From positions 1 through 31,200 of IMG/VR virus record IMGVR_UViG_3300045988_101844: 31,200 nt of DNA, one strand, 5' to 3'. Each line of letters begins with the position of its first letter. Positions within the stretch are counted from its first letter, which is position 1. The position numbers were made by a program, and so were the translations under genes. This stretch comes from a virus. Of this stretch, positions 1 through 9,425 are shown in pieces. Under the pieces are notes generated by a model. The model saw nothing but the letters and a program-made list of their open reading frames with translations. It did not search any database and had not been told where the DNA came from.

Positions 1-7
1 AAGAATT

Positions 8-793
8 ATGAATTGGAAACCAACAAACATTAAAGGATATTCAGTTAGTGACGAAGGTCAAATAAAGAATGAACTAACTGGAAAAATATTATCTCCATTT
101 AAGAATAATATGGGATATTATTTAGTAAGCATACAAGATAAAAAGTATCTTGTACATAGATTAGTAGCAGAGGCGTTTTTAAATAAACCTAATAAATGTA
201 ATATAGTAGAACATAAAGATGATGATCCCACAAATAATTGTGTAGATAATCTTATGTGAAGTACTCAGAAATTGAATTTAAATAGGCAAGGAAGGCTTGA
301 AAAGTTAAAAAGGTATTATCAGTCCAATGAATGAAAAGAAGCTAGAAAAAAGGCTTTAGAAACAATGAAAGCAAATGGATTTAAAAAGACTAAATCAGAT
401 AAGCAAAAGGCTAAAGAAGCGGCCAGATTAGATAGAATATCTAAAGAAAGAGAGAATATAAGACCTACTCTCGACCAACAATATGATGCGTTTATTAATC
501 CTTTAATTGATTTACTTAAATCTGGATATAGTTTAAAGAGAGCTGCACAATATTTTGGAATAAATGATACTACTGGCATTACTTATTTTTCTAAAAGATA
601 TTATGAAGAAACAGGAATTAAACTTATTACATATAAGATTAAAAAATCGTCGTTTTCAAATGCAGAAAAATTAATGAATAAAATTAAAGAATTATATAAT
701 CAAGGTTTAACTGTAGAGGAAATAAGTGAAGAAGTAAACAGATCAGTAAATATTGTTAATAAATATATAAAACTATGGAAGATTCATATTTAA
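8..793 (+). CDS. HNH homing endonuclease (NUMOD4-like N-terminus, HNH_3-type core, C-terminal HTH region), 261 aa under code 4
   Basis: Track ORFs 8..259 and 365..793 share a frame. They are joined by in-frame TGA at 257-259 and 332-334 with no TAA/TAG between. Reading TGA as Trp gives HKDDDPTNNCVDNLMW-STQ, the canonical HNH_3 NLxW motif. TAA stop at 791-793. Confidence 0.85.
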
Positions 794-957
794 ATAGAAT
801 TGCGGATATTAAAGAAACAATTAAACAAACAGAAGAGTATATTAAAGAATTAGATAAATGAATACTCGAATGTAAAGAAGCTACTAAAAGATTAGGAGAT
901 ATTATAGATAGAGTATTAGCACAAAGAGATTTTACATTTATTTCAAAATTTGATTAA
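775..957 (+). CDS. hypothetical small protein, 60 aa (code 4)
   Basis: ATG at 775, in-frame TGA at 859-861 (ELDKW-ILECK), TAA at 955-957. Overlaps the upstream gene end by 19 nt. No recognisable domain. Confidence 0.4.
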
Positions 958-959
958 TT

Positions 960-1094
960 ATGGATGATTTTTTATTTAAAAAGCTTAAAGAACTAGAATA
1001 TAGAATAGTTCAATTAGAAAACCAAAACAAAGGGTTAGTTTGGGAAGAAGTAGAAGAAAAACCAGAGATTCCTAACGCAACATATATTGACTAA
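960..1094 (+). CDS. hypothetical small protein, 44 aa
   Basis: ATG at 960, TAA at 1092-1094, coiled-coil-like sequence. Packed 2 nt after the previous ORF. Confidence 0.35.
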   Translation: MDDFLFKKLKELEYRIVQLENQNKGLVWEEVEEKPEIPNATYID

Positions 1095-1095
1095 T

Positions 1096-1236
1096 ATGAA
1101 GTACTTTACATATAAATTATGCTTAAATGGAGTAAATTACGTTTATGTAATTCCCGAAAATAGTAAATTCTTAGTAGATTTACAAACTGGAGAATTAATA
1201 CCTAAAGATGAGAAATTATTTGAGATAATGGAATAA
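1096..1236 (+). CDS. hypothetical small protein, 46 aa
   Basis: ATG at 1096, one nt after the previous stop. TAA at 1234-1236, followed by a terminator hairpin. Confidence 0.35.
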   Translation: MKYFTYKLCLNGVNYVYVIPENSKFLVDLQTGELIPKDEKLFEIME

Positions 1237-1241
1237 ACAAA

Positions 1242-1276
1242 AAGGAGGGTTATTTGCCCTCCTTTTCTTTTTTATT
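1242..1276. terminator. bidirectional rho-independent terminator between convergent modules
   Basis: Stem aaggaggg (1242-1249) pairs with ccctcctt (1257-1264) around a 7-nt loop. A T-run (ttcttttttatt) follows on the plus strand and tttgtttatt follows on the minus strand. The stop of the minus-strand HNH gene (1250-1252) lies in the loop. Confidence 0.7.
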
Positions 1277-1588
1277 AAACCTTTGATAATTACTTACTGC
1301 CGAATGTATAGCTTTATGACATACTGAACATAATGTTATCAAATCTTCCAAATGGTCTTGCTCCTCATATAAATTGTCATACCTCTTATGATGTACCGAT
1401 AATGACCTGTTTCCGCCTTCCTCAACGCATCAATTACAAGTTTGGCAGTGGTAGTTATCCCGCAACAAAACTTGCTCTCTAATAGCCTTAAATTCCTTTG
1501 AGCGGATATATCTCTGGTACTTTAAATATTCTTCACTTCTTACTTTCCTCTTAGTCTTATGAAGCAATTTACTTGATTTGGAATCCAT
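1250..1588 (-). CDS. small HNH endonuclease, 112 aa (code 4)
   Basis: Not in the track because TGA at 1430-1432 splits it. The translation contains DNYHCQTCN[W]CVEEGGNRSLSVHHKRYDNLYEEQDHLEDLITLCSVCHKAIH, which fits the C..C / HH / N / C..CH..H pattern of an HNH nuclease. TAA at 1250-1252. Confidence 0.75.
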
Positions 1589-1590
1589 AA

Positions 1591-2043
1591 TTATATAATA
1601 GTAAATTTCTGTCGTCTTTGCATCCCGTCTTTATTCTTTAATCCCAAGTGTATTCAACTAGCTATACCATTCCTAGGCCTTTCATATATCAACTGGTCGA
1701 AATCAAATTCTTCAATAGCTTCAGCAATCCAACTTTGGAATACTTTCATATTACCATTAATTGGAGATATATCTGCTGCATACCCTGTTAAATGAGCAGA
1801 AGTTGAGGATCCTCCTACTGCTTTATTAAGCTCCTTATTCCTAAAACCAGAGGAAATCCTGATGCCTGCATTGCCAAGCTGATTGTCATCACAATACTTT
1901 GCCCATCTCTCTCTTATTGGGTCTAAAAGCTTCTCGACCAACTCTATCAGGTGCTCTGTTATACTCTCATCTGGAGTGTTATTTATATGCTTAATTGAAG
2001 CAGTATCAGATCTTGTTAATTCTTCGAGTGTGAAATACTTCAT
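1591..2043 (-). CDS. endolysin, peptidase M15-type cell-wall peptidase, 150 aa (code 4)
   Basis: Track ORF 1654..2043 (SGFRNKELN, SAHLTGYAADI) ends at TGA 1654-1656. Read-through gives NGIAS-W-IHLGLKNK..., restoring the M15 C-terminal W-x-H motif. TAA at 1591-1593, 2 nt from the next gene start. Confidence 0.85.
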
Positions 2044-2201
2044 TATTTATATGAATTATGCAGTTTATAAAGATAAATAAAATAGCACACTGCTCCAAAT
2101 AACGTTAAACTAATAGTAATCCAAAAAGGAATTACTTTAATTAACAAAAATGCAATCATTAATAGTACAACTACTATTACATATTTTAACCAATATTTCA
2201 T
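2043..2201 (-). CDS. holin-like small membrane protein, 52 aa, two predicted TM helices
   Basis: ATG at 2201; sequence MKYWLKYVIVVVLLMIAFLLIKVIPFWITISLTLFGAVCYFIYLYKLHNSYK. Its TAA shares one base with the endolysin ATG (TAATG). Function is inferred from position and topology only. Confidence 0.55.
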   Translation of the reverse strand: MKYWLKYVIVVVLLMIAFLLIKVIPFWITISLTLFGAVCYFIYLYKLHNSYK

Positions 2202-2202
2202 A

Positions 2203-2859
2203 TTATATTTTATTTAAAATTATACTTATCTGTATTCCAGCTCTTCTTAGATGTACTCAAGTATCATAAGGCATAGGTGTATCACAGAATGACAAACCTA
2301 AAATGCCAATATCTTTATCCTCAGTCTTTAAATAAAATACTGCTATTTCATTCACTCTGTTGGATTTAAATGCATAATATAATCTTGGATCATCTGCTTC
2401 TAAACTGTCTATATTACCAAACCATCCATCATTCTTAGAAAACTCTATAATTGAAGTATAGTCAGATAACAGGAAATCTTTATAATGGCTACTTACAGAT
2501 CGTATTCCTGGTTTAACTTCCTCGGCATTCATTACTCCATAAGTAAATGGAAGTCCTCCTAATCCAGTAGTTCCATTATGATATTCAATAACCCAAGCTC
2601 TATCAGCATTGGTACTTTGAAGCAATTCTTTAAGCTTATATTTAATCTTTAAAGTTGCTTCATTTCTTGCAATAGTTTTAGAATTGTGAGTTTGTTCAAT
2701 ATAGGTTACAACCTTATTATAAACAATAGAGGGATTAAGTGTAATAACCATTACATAGGATATAAATATTAATCCAATCCCTGCTTTAAATATCTTTAGT
2801 AATCCATATTTATCAACCCATTCTAATACTTTGCCAAACCAATTTAATTTATTTTCCAT
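2203..2859 (-). CDS. N-terminally membrane-anchored protein of unknown function, 218 aa (code 4)
   Basis: Track ORF 2257..2859 ends at TGA 2257-2259. Read-through (PYDT-W-VHLRRAGIQISIILNKI) reaches TAA 2203-2205, 1 nt from the holin start. One hydrophobic helix near the N-terminus (GLLKIFKAGIGLIFISYVMVITL). Confidence 0.6.
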
Positions 2860-3284
2860 TACATATCATCAGTGCAAGTACCCAGTGTGTTGTCAACTTG
2901 GAAATCAGCTCTAACAAACACTCCGCAGGTAATATCTTTGAACTTTTGATAGAATGGAGTATAAATTAAAGGATAAGCTATTTCAACTTCTGGATATAGG
3001 TTATTAAAACGATTAATTATATTTTGCAGTGCAAGCATACCTGCTGACTGTTCCTCCAATTGGTTGTTATCAGTTTCATCCCATCTTGATACGAAGTATA
3101 GGTTTAAAGAGTAAGTAATAGTATCTTCATCTACACTAAAAGTATTAGGTGTTATATAGAACACATTATACTCAATAGTTGGTAAGCTATTTAACTCATA
3201 AATGTCTTTACTTCCTACAAAATTGATGTTTGGCTCTTCTAATGCACAAGCTTTTAAATTGCTAATTATCTCAAAATATGTCAT
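2859..3284 (-). CDS. hypothetical virion (neck/tail-completion-like) protein, 141 aa
   Basis: Intact track ORF with TAATG overlap to the downstream gene. Lies in the portal/adaptor neighbourhood. The function is a guess from context. Confidence 0.55.
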   Translation of the reverse strand: MTYFEIISNLKACALEEPNINFVGSKDIYELNSLPTIEYNVFYITPNTFSVDEDTITYSLNLYFVSRWDETDNNQLEEQSAGMLALQNIINRFNNLYPEVEIAYPLIYTPFYQKFKDITCGVFVRADFQVDNTLGTCTDDM

Positions 3285-3286
3285 AG

Positions 3287-3787
3287 TTATATATATTTAA
3301 ATGTTAATCCGCTAGCAGTTTTAGCTCTATGAGTTAATACATTAGATATAGACGTTCTAGTTATATTTAATTGTTTAGCTGCCTCCTTAACTGATTTATA
3401 ATAATTTCCATTACTATCAATAATAGGTCTAAATTTAGCTTCCGATATATGCTTTTTATGCCCTTCAGATAACTTACGACCTTTTACACTACCACCTTCT
3501 CCTCCAGGTTTTAAATTTAAACATCTGGCATCACAACTTCAGCAATCTGAAAGAATATCTTTCTCCCGTATACAATTATTATACTCAGTATCATTAAATT
3601 CTAATATAACCTTATTGTATGTTACTCCCTCTATTTTGCCATATCTTTGATAATATTTTTTAAGTATTATACCTGAACCTGCATAATCATCATTATAAGG
3701 ATCATTAGATGTTTTATGTTTACCTATATAATATTTACCTTTTAGATTACCGACTAGTGGCTGTATTTCATAAATATAGTAGGTCAT
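3287..3787 (-). CDS. GIY-YIG homing endonuclease, 166 aa (code 4)
   Basis: Track ORF 3539..3787 (YYIYEI...GKYYIGKH, GIY-YIG N-terminus) ends at TGA 3539-3541. The same frame continues W-SCDARCLNLKPGGEGG...NGNYYKSVKEAAKQLNITRTSISNVLTHRAKTASGLTFKYI (typical C-terminal DNA-binding module). TAA at 3287-3289. Confidence 0.85.
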
Positions 3788-3789
3788 AA

Positions 3790-4479
3790 TTACTTACTCT
3801 TTTTATTATTACTTGAAGGGAAATCATAAGCTCTTTGAAGAGGTCCCTCTCCAGGTTTAACGCTCCATCCTTTACCTCTTGCTCCACCAAGCCAAATATT
3901 GCAAGATGAGCTAGAGTAAAGATTAGGAAACATATCCTTTAATGGCTTATATGTATAAAGCTCAGGGAATTCGTTATAATATGTAATTATAAAGTCCTGT
4001 AAACGAGTCTTAAAGAAATCCGCCTTATCTCTATAATACTTCTTAATTTGATTTACTTGACTTGCTTCAGCAGCAATATCTTTCTCATCATCAGTTCTCA
4101 TAACTCCAAAATTACCAAGCTTATAAGATATAGGAATTACTATCTCGCTAAGTACTTGATAAAGTAAATAAGGCTGAACATAATAGTCTAATAGCTCTTT
4201 ATATCTGTAGTTATCAGAATCATCAATAGAATCACTTGGAAGTGGCTCAGGAGGTTCTATTGGATGAACTGGAGTATGAGGATCAATCCAATTAATACAT
4301 TTCTTTTGTAATGCTTCTAATAGCTTAGTACCAATAGTTGACTGAAGCTCTACATCTTGGGCACTTGTGATGGCTGCTTGTAAATATTTACCCGATATAT
4401 TGTTATCTAATGTAGAATTTGACTTTATATAGTCTTCTGAAATAAGCAGTACATTTCTATAGTTAAGTTGTTCCATCAT
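3790..4479 (-). CDS. hypothetical structural protein, possible head-tail adaptor, 229 aa
   Basis: Intact track ORF with TAA stop, sitting between two homing endonuclease genes downstream of the portal. The adaptor call rests on position and weak gp6-like N-terminal character only. Confidence 0.5.
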   Translation of the reverse strand: MMEQLNYRNVLLISEDYIKSNSTLDNNISGKYLQAAITSAQDVELQSTIGTKLLEALQKKCINWIDPHTPVHPIEPPEPLPSDSIDDSDNYRYKELLDYYVQPYLLYQVLSEIVIPISYKLGNFGVMRTDDEKDIAAEASQVNQIKKYYRDKADFFKTRLQDFIITYYNEFPELYTYKPLKDMFPNLYSSSSCNIWLGGARGKGWSVKPGEGPLQRAYDFPSSNNKKSK

Positions 4480-5071
4480 AAATAAATTTATTGTTTTTAT
4501 AAGGTCTATTTTCTTTTAAAGCTAAATATAATCCAGAACGTTCTCCATTAACTGATTTAACAGCTTCTTTCATTGAATTATATCTTGCAATAAAATTCCC
4601 ATTCATATCAAATCTTAATATAGGCTTAACTCTAGTAATTCGTCCTTTGGAAGCATTTCCAATTTTAATAAGTGTTTCCAAAGTATAGATTCCTTTCTTT
4701 CCTTTATTCCAGGGTGTTTTACCTTTTTTAGAATTTGACATTTTTGCTCTACTCTCATTAGAAAAAGAATACCCGTATGTACCTTCTCCTCCTGATGTTA
4801 TATTGTAACCATTTTCAGGAGTATTTGTTTTATATTTATGTATCAATATTCTCTCTAACGTCTTAGCGCAAGCTTCTGGTAAATTATCTTTAATTATGAT
4901 ATGTTCAAATCCATCTCAGCTATATTTTTGTATCGCTTTATAAAAGTAAGCTTGAGTAGAGTATCCATATCCATTTTTTCACCTAGCTTGCGCACTTTGT
5001 CCAGTAATGCCAAAATATAGCTTATTGTTATACTTATTTATATGGCAATAAACAGTATAATTATTCAACAT
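4463..5071 (-). CDS. GIY-YIG homing endonuclease with NUMOD3-like repeats, 202 aa (code 4)
   Basis: Track ORF 4463..4846 is only the C-terminal part. The same frame upstream is open to ATG 5071 through TGA at 4979-4981 and 4916-4918. This gives YCHINKYNNKLYFGITGQSAQAR[W]KNGYGYSTQAYFYKAIQKYS[W]DGFEHIII, with both TGA at Trp positions conserved in the family. Overlaps the portal end by 11 nt and the next gene start by 17 nt. Confidence 0.9.
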
Positions 5072-6152
5072 TTTGTTTGCTATCTTCTTGTCCATTTGGA
5101 GTTAAGCTAAAAGGAGTTATAGTTATTGAACCTTTCATTCCAAATATCTTATCAAATGTATCTACTATTTCGACCTGAATTGGTCTAACTACTGTACGAT
5201 TATAAAGTTTAAAAGCTTCATTAAATTCTTGTTCGTTGAATCCACTTGAGTAGTTAAGGCCAAAAAGTACACTATTAGCTCTAAATGCGCAGAATATCTG
5301 TTCTCTTGTTCTATCAGATAAAGCACTATATTTCTCATCAAAATCATCAGAATCTAAACGCTCAATAGTAGTCTTATTTGTTTCATCATCATTATATGAA
5401 ATAAGAACTCTACCAGCATTTTGAAATCCTGAGAATTTCTCATTAATATTCATCTCAATCTCTTCTTTAACTTCATCTGTAGGCTGTCCATTATTAAAGT
5501 TAATGATAAGATTGCCCATAAATCCGTTATGAAGAGAATTTAGATGGAACTCATTAATATTCTTCTCAGTTTCGCAAGATAGGATAGCTGCACCATAAAC
5601 AGGGACTGGATATACTTTTCTTGTTATATAGCCCTTATTATAAACAACACTTGTAGGATTATCATCTGAATAATTAAATTTTGGATATTTGATAGCTTTA
5701 ATAGACCAAGCAGACCAATCATCGGCATAATAGAATACTTCATTCTTTTCATCAGAACGAATCTTCATAAAGTCAAGATGATATATTTCTGAAACTCTAC
5801 CTACCATATCTCTAATTATTTGTAAAGCATATCCTCCAAAAATCATCTTATCTTTAGATACTTTACGCATAATATCCATAATAGTCTCACCTTTCTTATT
5901 TACAGTTACTTCAAATCCTGGTGCATTACATATAACATCATTACCAACAATAAAGTCAGCAGTACCATTAATGATAGATTGAAGAGTAGCTACATTTAAA
6001 TATAAATCCCATAAATATACAGGATAGCGATTATCTTCACCCCAAGAAATATAGTCCTTACCTCTAACTTTACCTTCTACTGGCAATACGATGTTTGATA
6101 CAATTACTGGATCAATTGCACTTAATTGTACTTTTGTTTTATTTTCGCTCAT
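5061..6152 (-). CDS. portal protein (HK97-family-like), 363 aa
   Basis: Track ORF 5061..6209; I prefer the start at ATG 6152 (MSENKTKVQ). Portal-like pattern: FSGFQNAGRVLISYNDDE...IERLDSDDFDEKYSALSDRTREQIFCAFRANSVLFGL. No TGA codons. Confidence 0.7.
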   Translation of the reverse strand: MSENKTKVQLSAIDPVIVSNIVLPVEGKVRGKDYISWGEDNRYPVYLWDLYLNVATLQSIINGTADFIVGNDVICNAPGFEVTVNKKGETIMDIMRKVSKDKMIFGGYALQIIRDMVGRVSEIYHLDFMKIRSDEKNEVFYYADDWSAWSIKAIKYPKFNYSDDNPTSVVYNKGYITRKVYPVPVYGAAILSCETEKNINEFHLNSLHNGFMGNLIINFNNGQPTDEVKEEIEMNINEKFSGFQNAGRVLISYNDDETNKTTIERLDSDDFDEKYSALSDRTREQIFCAFRANSVLFGLNYSSGFNEQEFNEAFKLYNRTVVRPIQVEIVDTFDKIFGMKGSITITPFSLTPNGQEDSKQNVE

Positions 6153-6531
6153 AAGCCGTATATTTGTTTTGTTTATCGTATTGGTATTTATTATTCTGAT
6201 AATCTCCAACTCTTATTAGTCCTGAACTCAATACAGGTATAGGTTTACCAGCAACTAATATCTGTGTTCCTGTAGTAAGAGTATTTTCATAAGTTACCAG
6301 AATAACTGGATTACCATATAGCTCTGACTGCATAGGATTATTTACATCTACAATTACTTCAAGTTTATTTGGATTACTAAACAGAATATACTGATATTCA
6401 CCATCAGACATATCATCAGATAATGTAATATCAAACTTATAGTAGATATTTTCAGCATAATTCTGATTTTCAAGGTCAAATAAATAAACTTCCTTTGTAA
6501 TCGTATTCTGCATTAACAAAGTATAGTTCAT
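6139..6531 (-). CDS. hypothetical protein, 130 aa
   Basis: Track ORF 6139..6540 begins at TTG; the first ATG is at 6531. It is the first gene after the terminator at 6601..6632. No recognisable domain. Confidence 0.55.
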   Translation of the reverse strand: MNYTLLMQNTITKEVYLFDLENQNYAENIYYKFDITLSDDMSDGEYQYILFSNPNKLEVIVDVNNPMQSELYGNPVILVTYENTLTTGTQILVAGKPIPVLSSGLIRVGDYQNNKYQYDKQNKYTAYERK

Positions 6532-6571
6532 ATTTTGCAATGGTTTTACGTTAATTTACATATCTTTTTCT

Positions 6572-6580
6572 TAAAATATA
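6572..6580 (-). promoter_or_regulatory. TATATTTTA motif (candidate phage promoter element)
   Basis: The minus strand reads TATATTTTAA between terminator 6601..6632 and ATG 6531. The same 9-mer recurs after two other terminators (13362..13370, 25056..25064). Confidence 0.3.
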
Positions 6581-6600
6581 AAAGACTATGTATATGTATT

Positions 6601-6632
6601 AACATAAAAATAGGGAGAATAAAATCTCCCTA
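6601..6632 (-). terminator. rho-independent terminator
   Basis: Stem tagggaga (6611-6618) pairs with tctcccta (6625-6632) around a 6-nt loop. On the minus strand it is followed by tttttatgtt. It lies 7 nt after the TAG stop at 6639-6641. Confidence 0.65.
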
Positions 6633-6638
6633 AATTTA

Positions 6639-7625
6639 CTATGCAGAAGCTAATGTCCAGTTCTTAGATGTAGCTAAAGCTTTTTGCTCTTCTGTAAGAG
6701 CTCCATAAACAGTAGAATTAAATGTAATAGTTTGTGTAGAAGTTCCAGTTAAATCATTTGCTTTATTTAAGATATTATCGACTGACTCAGCATTAAGATT
6801 TGGTAATCACTGCAAATTAAGATCTACCTTTAAATTTGTAATCCCTCCAAATGTAGTTATAGAAGTCATTTCTCCACCTGTTATTAATTCGCTAAATGTA
6901 TAGTTATCAACAGCTGTCAAATCTATTTCTGGAATTTTAGTTAGATTTGTACTACCAGTCCAAAAGAATTGTTCTAATGATAATGTACTAGAATTATATC
7001 CATTGAATACTATTTTATCACATATTTCGTTGCCATTATATCCATACATAAAGTAAACTAGTGATGCATTAATTCCATTTTTAATATTTACTGTAATTGT
7101 ACCAGTAGTACTTATGTTTGCATAATATAAAACAAAAGGAATATATAATTCTGTTATATTAAAAACTATATCTTGCAGAGTTGAATTTGGAGATATAGTG
7201 CTTTCAAACATACTTGAAGGGTCATTAAACTGTTGACCTGAATTTATTGCTATTTGGTGAATATTAGCTTGTTTAAAACTCTCTTTTGCTAAATAAGAAA
7301 CAGAAGTATCTAATTTACTACCTAAATCAATATAGCTATCAGGTAAGTTACTATTGTTAAATAAATATGAAATATCTGCAGTACTTGGATTTATAGTTCA
7401 ATTTAGTTTCTCAAATTGACTATGATGCATATTACAATAAGCAAACGTTAATCCTGTTTTAGTAACATCAAACACCTCACCTCCAGAAATCTGTCCTATC
7501 TTATCTGCATAGCTTCTAAAGGTATCTGAATCTGATACAGCAACACCTTTAGCTACAATAGCATCTTTAATGGCACTCTTAGTACCTTCAAGATACGTTA
7601 ATTTATCAGAAATTGTATTTGCCAT
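6639..7625 (-). CDS. tail fibre-associated protein, paralog C (conserved fibre N-terminus; C-terminal module shared with the BspA/DUF285-like paralogs), 328 aa (code 4)
   Basis: Track ORFs 7398..7625 and 6807..7211 share a frame. TGA at 7398-7400 and 6807-6809, and the gaps have no TAA/TAG. The C-terminus NILNKANDLTGTSTQTITFNSTVYGALTEEQKALATSKNWTLASA parallels the C-termini of 12261..13355 and 8507..9424. TAG stop at 6639-6641. Confidence 0.75.
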
Positions 7626-7645
7626 ATTATATATTTAAAATGACT

Positions 7646-8260
7646 TTATTCATTTGGAATTTCACCATTAATTGTATCAAGAGTAGTTGAAATATTACCA
7701 ATCTGAGCTTGAATTGCTGAGATTTCTCCATCTAACTCTGTCATCTTTGTATTATATGCATCTGTAGTTACATAGTTTGATAATTCACTTTTATCTGCTT
7801 TAAGTGCAACTTCATCTTTAGTAGCTAATCCAGATACATCAGGAATCTTATTCTCTACAGCTGTAAGCTCTTCTTTAGTAGCAAAATCACTAGTATCAGG
7901 AATTTCTGCTTTAGTTGCATAATTACTTAAATCTACAGATAGTTGCAAACCTTCTCCATTTCTATGTAAAGATAGAGGTTGATTAGCTTGGAATACTTCC
8001 ATCTTAGATGTTTCTAATTCAGTAATATCATTCTTAATTGGCTCTAACTTAGGTTCAAGTATAACATCCAATTGAGAATTAATTTGCTCATCAATTATTT
8101 CAACAGCCTTATCTTCAGAAATGTAATTACCTTTAGGTTGAAATCTCGCATCTGCTTCAATCTTTGTATAAGAACCAACTGGAAGCTGAGCTGTCTCAAT
8201 ACCACATTTCTTACTAACATAGAAGGTCTGAGTATTCTTAGTATTCTTTAATATAATCAT
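7646..8260 (-). CDS. tail fibre protein B (coiled-coil/repeat), 204 aa
   Basis: Intact track ORF. The motif LQLSVDLSNYATKAEIPDTS and the ATK-E repeats resemble fibre A (9426..12038). Confidence 0.65.
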   Translation of the reverse strand: MIILKNTKNTQTFYVSKKCGIETAQLPVGSYTKIEADARFQPKGNYISEDKAVEIIDEQINSQLDVILEPKLEPIKNDITELETSKMEVFQANQPLSLHRNGEGLQLSVDLSNYATKAEIPDTSDFATKEELTAVENKIPDVSGLATKDEVALKADKSELSNYVTTDAYNTKMTELDGEISAIQAQIGNISTTLDTINGEIPNE

Positions 8261-8262
8261 CG

Positions 8263-8499
8263 TTATTTAACTTTTATTGATTCTTCATACTCTTTTGAAG
8301 CTGTTTTAGCAGTTTCTTTATATTCAGAATCCTGCTCTAATGTTATCTCTCTTAAATGTTCTAAATCACAATTTAATGGACAAATACACTCTTTAAATGA
8401 GTTATACCCTTTAATATCCATTTCGTCTTTATAGTTAGTAAGAAGCATATTATCTTCAGGTTTAACTACTTTATACTTTTCTTTAATTTCAATTTTCAT
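8263..8499 (-). CDS. small protein, paralog of 12040..12261 (possible fibre assembly factor), 78 aa
   Basis: Intact track ORF. Shares the Y-K-D/E-x-x-DIK-x-Y...CPL pattern and the same cassette position with 12040..12261. Confidence 0.55.
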   Translation of the reverse strand: MKIEIKEKYKVVKPEDNMLLTNYKDEMDIKGYNSFKECICPLNCDLEHLREITLEQDSEYKETAKTASKEYEESIKVK

Positions 8500-8506
8500 A
8501 GTGTAT

Positions 8507-9424
8507 TTAATTAGAATATGATATTGTTCATCCTTTAGAAACTATCTGGGCTTTTTGATCTTCAGTTAAAGAGTCAAAGATTACTTTATTAAAAACAATA
8601 GTAGGATTCTTAGATGCGTCTGAATATAGTCCTTCTATTATATTATTTATAGATTGAACAGTAAGTGCAGGTAATCCTCCTAAATGCAATGTATATGTAC
8701 TCATAGTGACTCCCTTCCCAATATTTGTAAAACCTCCAATATCTGTAAGTAGGGTGAAATCTTTAGATTCTTGATCTCTCTCATCATCAGTTCTGAATAA
8801 ATCAGAAAAATTACTCCAGTTACTTGCATCATATTGCGGAACAGATTGAAGCCTATAACAGTACCTAAACATTTGAGAAACACTAACTTTTTTAGTTGAA
8901 GAAAAAGTTATCTGAGGTGCTGTTTTTAATTGTTCTGAATATCTAAATAATCCAGTACAATCTACAGCATTAGATAGATCTAATGGATCTATTTCTGTAG
9001 CTCCAATTCCAGATAAGGCACCATACATCCTCTTTTTACCAATAAAAATATCAGGTAATATATATGTTAAACTACGACATCCAGCAAATAAATAATACAA
9101 ATCAGTATCTGTATTTTCAGTAATATATTTTTGAGCATCTATAGATGTAGTTAACTGATACTGTAATGATGAATCTGCTCTAAATATAGAAGTTTTTGGG
9201 TTAGATGAAGTAGGATTTATATATCAACTAATAACATCTGGATTATTACATTCTGTAATTATTGAATTTACACTTCCTAAATATTGTCTTGCAACTGCTT
9301 TACGAAAAGTATCATCTATAAATGGAATTGGAGGACAAGGCCAGACTTTGGTACTGCCAACATAAATGGCAGTACCTTGTCTGTTACCTACATAAAATGC
9401 TTTTAAATTATCTCGAATATTCAT
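8507..9424 (-). CDS. BspA/DUF285-like leucine-rich-repeat tail protein, paralog B, 305 aa (code 4)
   Basis: Track ORFs 9224..9424 and 8528..9100 share a frame. TGA at 9224-9226 and 8528-8530. LRR-like FAGCRSLTYI and SQMFRYCYRLQSVPQYDASNWSNFSDLF. The C-terminus LTEDQKAQIVSKG[W]TISYSN has TGA where the paralogs have TGG. TAA at 8507-8509. Confidence 0.75.
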
Positions 9425-9425
9425 A

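Noticed and set aside
3287-5071. Group I introns, inteins or a diversity-generating retroelement associated with the endonuclease and fibre region.
   Set aside because: The endonuclease ORFs are free-standing between complete flanking genes, so no host gene is split. I found no reverse transcriptase gene and no template/variable repeat pair with A-specific mismatches in the window.
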